Of a DNA stretch of 11,263 nt, positions 6,382-11,263 are shown one piece after another. Origin of the DNA: a bacterium (lineage in GTDB: Bacteria > Methylomirabilota > Methylomirabilia > CAVQYV01); contig JAZDMQ010000060.1 in the NCBI GenBank assembly GCA_043800755.1, forward strand, positions 1-11,263. The letters run 5' to 3'. The stretch's first letter is position 1; each line of letters opens with the position of its first letter. Under the pieces are notes generated by a model. The model did not search any database and was not told the DNA's origin. It was given only the letters and a program-made list of their open reading frames with translations. Position numbers and translations under genes: made by a program.

Positions 6382-8700
6382 TCAGGGCTTTTCTGGGGGA
6401 GAGGGCGGTGAGACTGGCGTCGGAAGTGGCTTCTGGGCATTTGATCTGGAGTCAGGGGATTCCTTCGCCCCAAGGGCTTCGGTGCCCCCCGGTTTTGACG
6501 TTTCCAGGGCCTTTTCCGGTTCGGACTCATTGGGAGAGGGTTCATTGGCCCCTGGCGGGGTGAAATCTTCTATGGGCGTTCTGGCCAGGGCCTTTTTCAT
6601 AGTATTGACCCAGATCGGGAGGGCGAGGGTTGCGGAGGTGACGCGCGGCCCCAACGACTTGCGGGTGTCATAGCCAATCCAGACGCCGGCCACGAGGGAA
6701 GGGGTGAACCCGATAAACCAGGCGTCGGTCGCATCTTGGGTAGTCCCTGTCTTTCCGGCTATGGGCCGGCCGAGGGCGCGGGCCCTGACTGCGGTGCCCC
6801 GCTCTATCACTCCCTTCATCACTTCCGCCGTGGTGTATGCGGTCTCCTCTTTGATGACCTGCTGGCCTTCCGGGAAATGCTCCTCCAAGATCTTTCCGTC
6901 CTTATCGCTAACCTTCCGAATGGCGAAGGGCTCGAACCGCATTCCCCGATTGGCCAATACGCCATAGGCGGAGACCATTTCCATCAAGGAGACATCGAAG
7001 ACGCCCAAGGCGATAGCGTATTCAGACCGGAGCTCGCTCTTAATACCCATTTGATTGGCCATTTCGATCACCCGATGCACCCCGATCCTCTCAGTCAGCC
7101 TCACGGTAGCCACGTTGACTGAATGCTCTAATGCTTCCCTGAGAGTAATGTAGCCCCGGAATTGTCCATCATAATTCTGGGGACTCCAGTCGGCGAGCTG
7201 ACCGTTGATGACCGTACGATAGGTGATCGGGGAATCATCGATCAAGGTTGCAGGAGAAAGGCCCATATCGAAAGCGGCTGCATAAATGAAGGGTTTAAAA
7301 GCGGAACCAGGTTGTCTCTTGGCCTGAATTGCGCGATTGAAACGGCTGCGCACAAAATCGTACCCCCCAATCATCGCCTTGATCTCGCCAGTGCGGGGGT
7401 CGAGTGCAAGAAATGAGGTCTGGATCTCCGGGTCTTGTTCCAGGCCCAAGGTGAGCGCCTTCCTCTTGTCATCAACAGAGAGAACCTGGACCTTGATCAT
7501 TTCCCCGGGCTTGAACAAGTCCCGGGGATCTTTGATGTTGGCCCAGGCCATCTTAGCAAAGGGAACTTTCCCCTGATAAGGACCCACCAGTACTTCCAGA
7601 CCTGAGGAATCAACCCTTTCTACCGTGGCGTCCAGGATGTCTCCCAGTTGCGGCCGGTAGATAAATAACCTTCCTCTCTTGGCCTCTCGGGGTTTGACGG
7701 CCTGGACTGCACCCTTCCCTCTATACCCTCTCGTCTTGTCGATATCCCTCAGTCCCGCCAGTATTGACTCCTCAGCGGCCTTCTGTATATCGAGATTGAG
7801 AGTGGTATAAACATGGAGCCCGCCGTGATAGATGGCGTAACTTCCATATTTTTCCTCCAGGTATTGGCGAACATATTCCACAAAATAGGGGCCGAGGGTT
7901 CGAAGCCGGGAAAAGCGTTTCTCATCGAAGGGTTCCTTCAATGCTGCAATCGTTTCTTCCTTGGTGATGAAATTCTCCTCCATCATCCGGGTCAATACAT
8001 GCGACCTGCGCTTCGCGGCGCGCTCCTTGTCCACAATGGGAGAGTAATAGGCGGGTGCCCGGGGAAGGCCAGCTAACATGGCGCACTCTGCCAGACTGAG
8101 CTTGACAGCCGGTTTCTGGAAATAGGTCTGGGCCGCTGCCTCCACTCCATAGGCGCCATGGCCAAAATAGATGTGATTGCAGTAAAGCTCGAGGATCTTG
8201 TCCTTGGAGAATTGTTTCTCGATCTCAATCGCGAGCAAGGCCTCCTTGATTTTTCGCGAGAAGCTCTTTTCGGGATTCAAGAAAAATACTTTGGCCAACT
8301 GTTGGGTGATAGAGCTTCCTCCCTCTACCACGCCCCCGGCGCGGAGGTTGACCAAAACCGCCCGGGCGATTCCTCGAAGATTGATTCCGTGATGTTTGTA
8401 GAACTGTGCATCTTCCACCGCGATAATGGCGTTCTTGAGGTGACGGGGGATCTTCTCCAAGGGGATAGGAATGCGCTTCTGCTCGTAAAAGGAGGCGAAG
8501 GCCTCGTCCAGGTCGGAGTAGATGTTGGTTATAAGGTTGGTGCGGTATTCCTCCAGCGAACCGAGGTTGGGGAGGTCGCGCATGTAGGCGAAGAACCCCC
8601 CCCCAGAAACCCCTATCCCGATGGTTAAGAGGAGAATGAGGGCCCAAAAGGCTGCGACGATCAGCCGGAGTTTCCAATTCTTTTTCTTCTTAGCGTTCAT
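6382..8700 (-). CDS. mrcA: Class A bifunctional penicillin-binding protein (PBP1A family) with an OB/S1-like insertion domain
   Basis: Basic N-terminus and TM helix. Glycosyltransferase motifs EDAQFYKHHG, GGSSITQQLAK, RKIKE, KDKILELYCN. Transpeptidase motifs SAFK (SxxK), SVN (SxN), KTGT. The start is uncertain: in-frame ATGs at 8700, 8715 and 8784. Confidence 0.93.
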   Translation of the reverse strand: MNAKKKKNWKLRLIVAAFWALILLLTIGIGVSGGGFFAYMRDLPNLGSLEEYRTNLITNIYSDLDEAFASFYEQKRIPIPLEKIPRHLKNAIIAVEDAQFYKHHGINLRGIARAVLVNLRAGGVVEGGSSITQQLAKVFFLNPEKSFSRKIKEALLAIEIEKQFSKDKILELYCNHIYFGHGAYGVEAAAQTYFQKPAVKLSLAECAMLAGLPRAPAYYSPIVDKERAAKRRSHVLTRMMEENFITKEETIAALKEPFDEKRFSRLRTLGPYFVEYVRQYLEEKYGSYAIYHGGLHVYTTLNLDIQKAAEESILAGLRDIDKTRGYRGKGAVQAVKPREAKRGRLFIYRPQLGDILDATVERVDSSGLEVLVGPYQGKVPFAKMAWANIKDPRDLFKPGEMIKVQVLSVDDKRKALTLGLEQDPEIQTSFLALDPRTGEIKAMIGGYDFVRSRFNRAIQAKRQPGSAFKPFIYAAAFDMGLSPATLIDDSPITYRTVINGQLADWSPQNYDGQFRGYITLREALEHSVNVATVRLTERIGVHRVIEMANQMGIKSELRSEYAIALGVFDVSLMEMVSAYGVLANRGMRFEPFAIRKVSDKDGKILEEHFPEGQQVIKEETAYTTAEVMKGVIERGTAVRARALGRPIAGKTGTTQDATDAWFIGFTPSLVAGVWIGYDTRKSLGPRVTSATLALPIWVNTMKKALARTPIEDFTPPGANEPSPNESEPEKALETSKPGGTEALGAKESPDSRSNAQKPLPTPVSPPSPPEKP

Positions 8701-8792
8701 ATTAGGCTGGATCATGTCCCTTTCATTTGAGGCGGGGTTCGTCCTGAAGGGCTTTTTGAGGCCACAATTCTCCCCCACCTGCATAACTTTTT

Positions 8793-8821
8793 AGTATAAC
8801 CCGTGGCGGCATTCTTGTAAA
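8793..8821 (-). promoter_or_regulatory. Predicted sigma70 promoter for the PBP1A gene
   Basis: The minus strand reads TTTACA (8821-8816), 17 nt, TATACT (8798-8793). Both hexamers match consensus 5/6 with ideal spacing. Confidence 0.65.
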
Positions 8822-8905
8822 GGGGAATGAGCCCCTCCTCGCCTCTCCTGCTTTGGAGAGGAATCGCCACAGCCGTCCCGTAAACCTTCCGTCTAGGGAA
8901 AAGGC

Positions 8906-8934
8906 TTGCGCCAGGACCAGCTTTGTGTTAAGAA
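8906..8934 (+). promoter_or_regulatory. Possible sigma70 promoter for tyrS
   Basis: TTGCGC (8906-8911), 17 nt, TAAGAA (8929-8934), preceded by an extended -10 TGn. Weaker match to consensus. Confidence 0.35.
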
Positions 8935-8975
8935 GATAAGCCGTTTATCATTAACCTCCTGAGGGATCCTCCAGA

Positions 8976-10205
8976 ATGACGATGGATGCATGCCGTCAAT
9001 TAGAAATCCTTCGCGAAAAGGCCGCGGAGATCATAACGGAAGAAGAACTGCTAAGGAAGCTGGAAAGGTCCTTGCGGAACCAGACCCCGCTGAACATCAA
9101 ACTTGGATTAGATCCCACAGCCCCCGATCTTCATCTCGGCCATACGGTGGTTATCCAGAAGCTAAGACAATTTCAGGAATTGGGCCATAATATCATCTTT
9201 CTCGTCGGGGACTTCACGGGGATGATCGGCGACCCCTCCGGGAAGTCGGAGACGCGAAAGCCTCTCACCGCTGAGGAGGTCAGGGAGAATGCCGAGACCT
9301 ATCGAAAGCAGATCTTCAAGATTCTGGACCCTGAAAAGACGGTGATCGATTTTAACAGCCGGTGGATGAGTCAGGTCGACGCTCAAGGTCTGATCGAGCT
9401 TGCTGCCAAACACACGGTTGCCAGGATGCTGGAGCGGGACGATTTCAAGAAACGCTATGAAGAAGGAAGGCCAATCAGCATTCACGAGTTCCTTTATCCG
9501 CTGATCCAAGGGTATGATTCGGTGATACTGCATGCGGATGTGGAGCTGGGTGGGACTGATCAGAAATTCAACCTTTTGGTGGGTCGAGATCTGCAAAGGG
9601 ATTATGGACAGGAACCCCAGGTTATCCTTACTACTCCCATCCTGGAGGGAACCGACGGGGTGCAGAAAATGAGTAAGAGCCTGGGGAACTACATTGGAAT
9701 CGATGAACCCCCTGGCGAGATCATGGGAAAGATTATGTCCATCCCTGATTCCTTGATCCCTCGTTATTTTCAACTGGTTACCTCGCTTCCCATCGGAGAG
9801 ATCGAGGCGTTGAGGCGTAGGATGGAAGAGGGTGAGCTCAATCCACGAGATGCAAAGATGCAGTTGGCAATTGAGTTGGTGAAGATCTACCATTCGCCAG
9901 AGGCGGCTAAGGCCGCAGCAGCCGAGTTCAACCGGGTATTTCGGGAGAAGGGACTCCCCGATGAGATCGCAGAGGTAGGTATAGGTCCTGATGATGTGGA
10001 GAAGGGCGGAGTATGGTTGGTGCGCCTTTTGGTGCTTTGTTCCGCGGCTAAAACCAATTCCGAGGCCAGGCGATTGATCGCACAAGGGGCAGTGGATCTG
10101 GATGGGGAAACCGTCAGGGAGATAGGCTTTAGGGTGGCTTGCGATCGGGGCCATTTGCTGAAGGTTGGGAAAAAGGGGTTTTTCAGGATCTGCAAGCGGT
10201 CTTGA
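8976..10205 (+). CDS. tyrS: Tyrosine--tRNA ligase (short bacterial type with C-terminal S4-like domain)
   Basis: [15 protein letters not shown] (HIGH motif), [37 protein letters not shown], and S4-like [12 protein letters not shown]...LKVGKK. Confidence 0.97.
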   Translation: MTMDACRQLEILREKAAEIITEEELLRKLERSLRNQTPLNIKLGLDPTAPDLHLGHTVVIQKLRQFQELGHNIIFLVGDFTGMIGDPSGKSETRKPLTAEEVRENAETYRKQIFKILDPEKTVIDFNSRWMSQVDAQGLIELAAKHTVARMLERDDFKKRYEEGRPISIHEFLYPLIQGYDSVILHADVELGGTDQKFNLLVGRDLQRDYGQEPQVILTTPILEGTDGVQKMSKSLGNYIGIDEPPGEIMGKIMSIPDSLIPRYFQLVTSLPIGEIEALRRRMEEGELNPRDAKMQLAIELVKIYHSPEAAKAAAAEFNRVFREKGLPDEIAEVGIGPDDVEKGGVWLVRLLVLCSAAKTNSEARRLIAQGAVDLDGETVREIGFRVACDRGHLLKVGKKGFFRICKRS

Positions 10206-10214
10206 CCGAGGCGG

Positions 10215-10274
10215 AAATTTTTTGAAAGGAATTGCAAAAATCTGTTGACAAGGGGGAATGGTTGCTGTTATATA
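10215..10274 (+). promoter_or_regulatory. rRNA operon promoter with UP-element-like A/T tracts
   Basis: Perfect TTGACA at 10245-10250, TG-t-TATATA at 10266-10274, and A/T tracts at 10215-10241. About 165 nt upstream of 16S. Confidence 0.7.
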
Positions 10275-10340
10275 GGATGTCCGAGACGCACAAAGGGTCC
10301 GGCGAGCGAAAAAGCCGGCGGTAGTGCGTTAGGAATGACG

Positions 10341-10374
10341 GAGTGCAGGTGCACTCGGTATCGCTCTTTGAAAA
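10341..10374 (+). promoter_or_regulatory. rrn leader antitermination signals: boxB-like hairpin plus boxA
   Basis: GAGTGC-aggt-GCACTC hairpin (10341-10356) followed by GCTCTTTGAAAA (10363-10374), which resembles rrn boxA. Confidence 0.65.
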
Positions 10375-10438
10375 TTTAGCGCTATGAGTTCGTGGGCGAA
10401 TTGGATTAAGGGACCCAAACCTTTGGGTTAGTGATTTT

Positions 10439-11263
<825 letters not shown>

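Noticed and set aside
6263-6384. Selenocysteine or stop read-through of the PBP TGA, given the small hairpin and 7-bp duplication (TCAGGGC x2) beside it
   Set aside because: The stop follows a disordered Pro-rich tail, the hairpin is only 5 bp, and the extension has no recognisable features.
8822-8975. T-box riboswitch upstream of tyrS
   Set aside because: No T-box consensus (AAxxxGGGTGGxACCxCG) or terminator, and the predicted leader is too short.

Overview
GC-rich diderm bacterial chromosomal region. The 16S sequence looks Deltaproteobacteria/Desulfobacterota-like or from a related deep lineage, but this is judged by eye only. Order: 3' part of tolB, then an expanded Tol-Pal envelope cluster (pal-1, cpoB-1, an uncharacterised 146-aa lipoprotein, pal-2, cpoB-2), a convergent class A PBP (PBP1A type), a divergent tyrS, and an rRNA promoter/leader with the first ~825 nt of 16S rRNA. 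The most interesting part is the tandem pal-cpoB duplication. All four products are predicted lipoproteins with greatly lengthened tethers or coiled coils made partly by internal repeat expansion (a 144-bp-spaced repeat in pal-1 and a 195-bp/65-aa hendecad tandem repeat in cpoB-2). The two modules are also nearly identical in DNA only around the pal-3'/cpoB-5' junction, which suggests gene conversion or a recombination-prone cassette. The PBP1A insertion domain looks strongly like a ribosomal-protein-S1 repeat. No mobile-element gene, CRISPR array or tRNA was seen.
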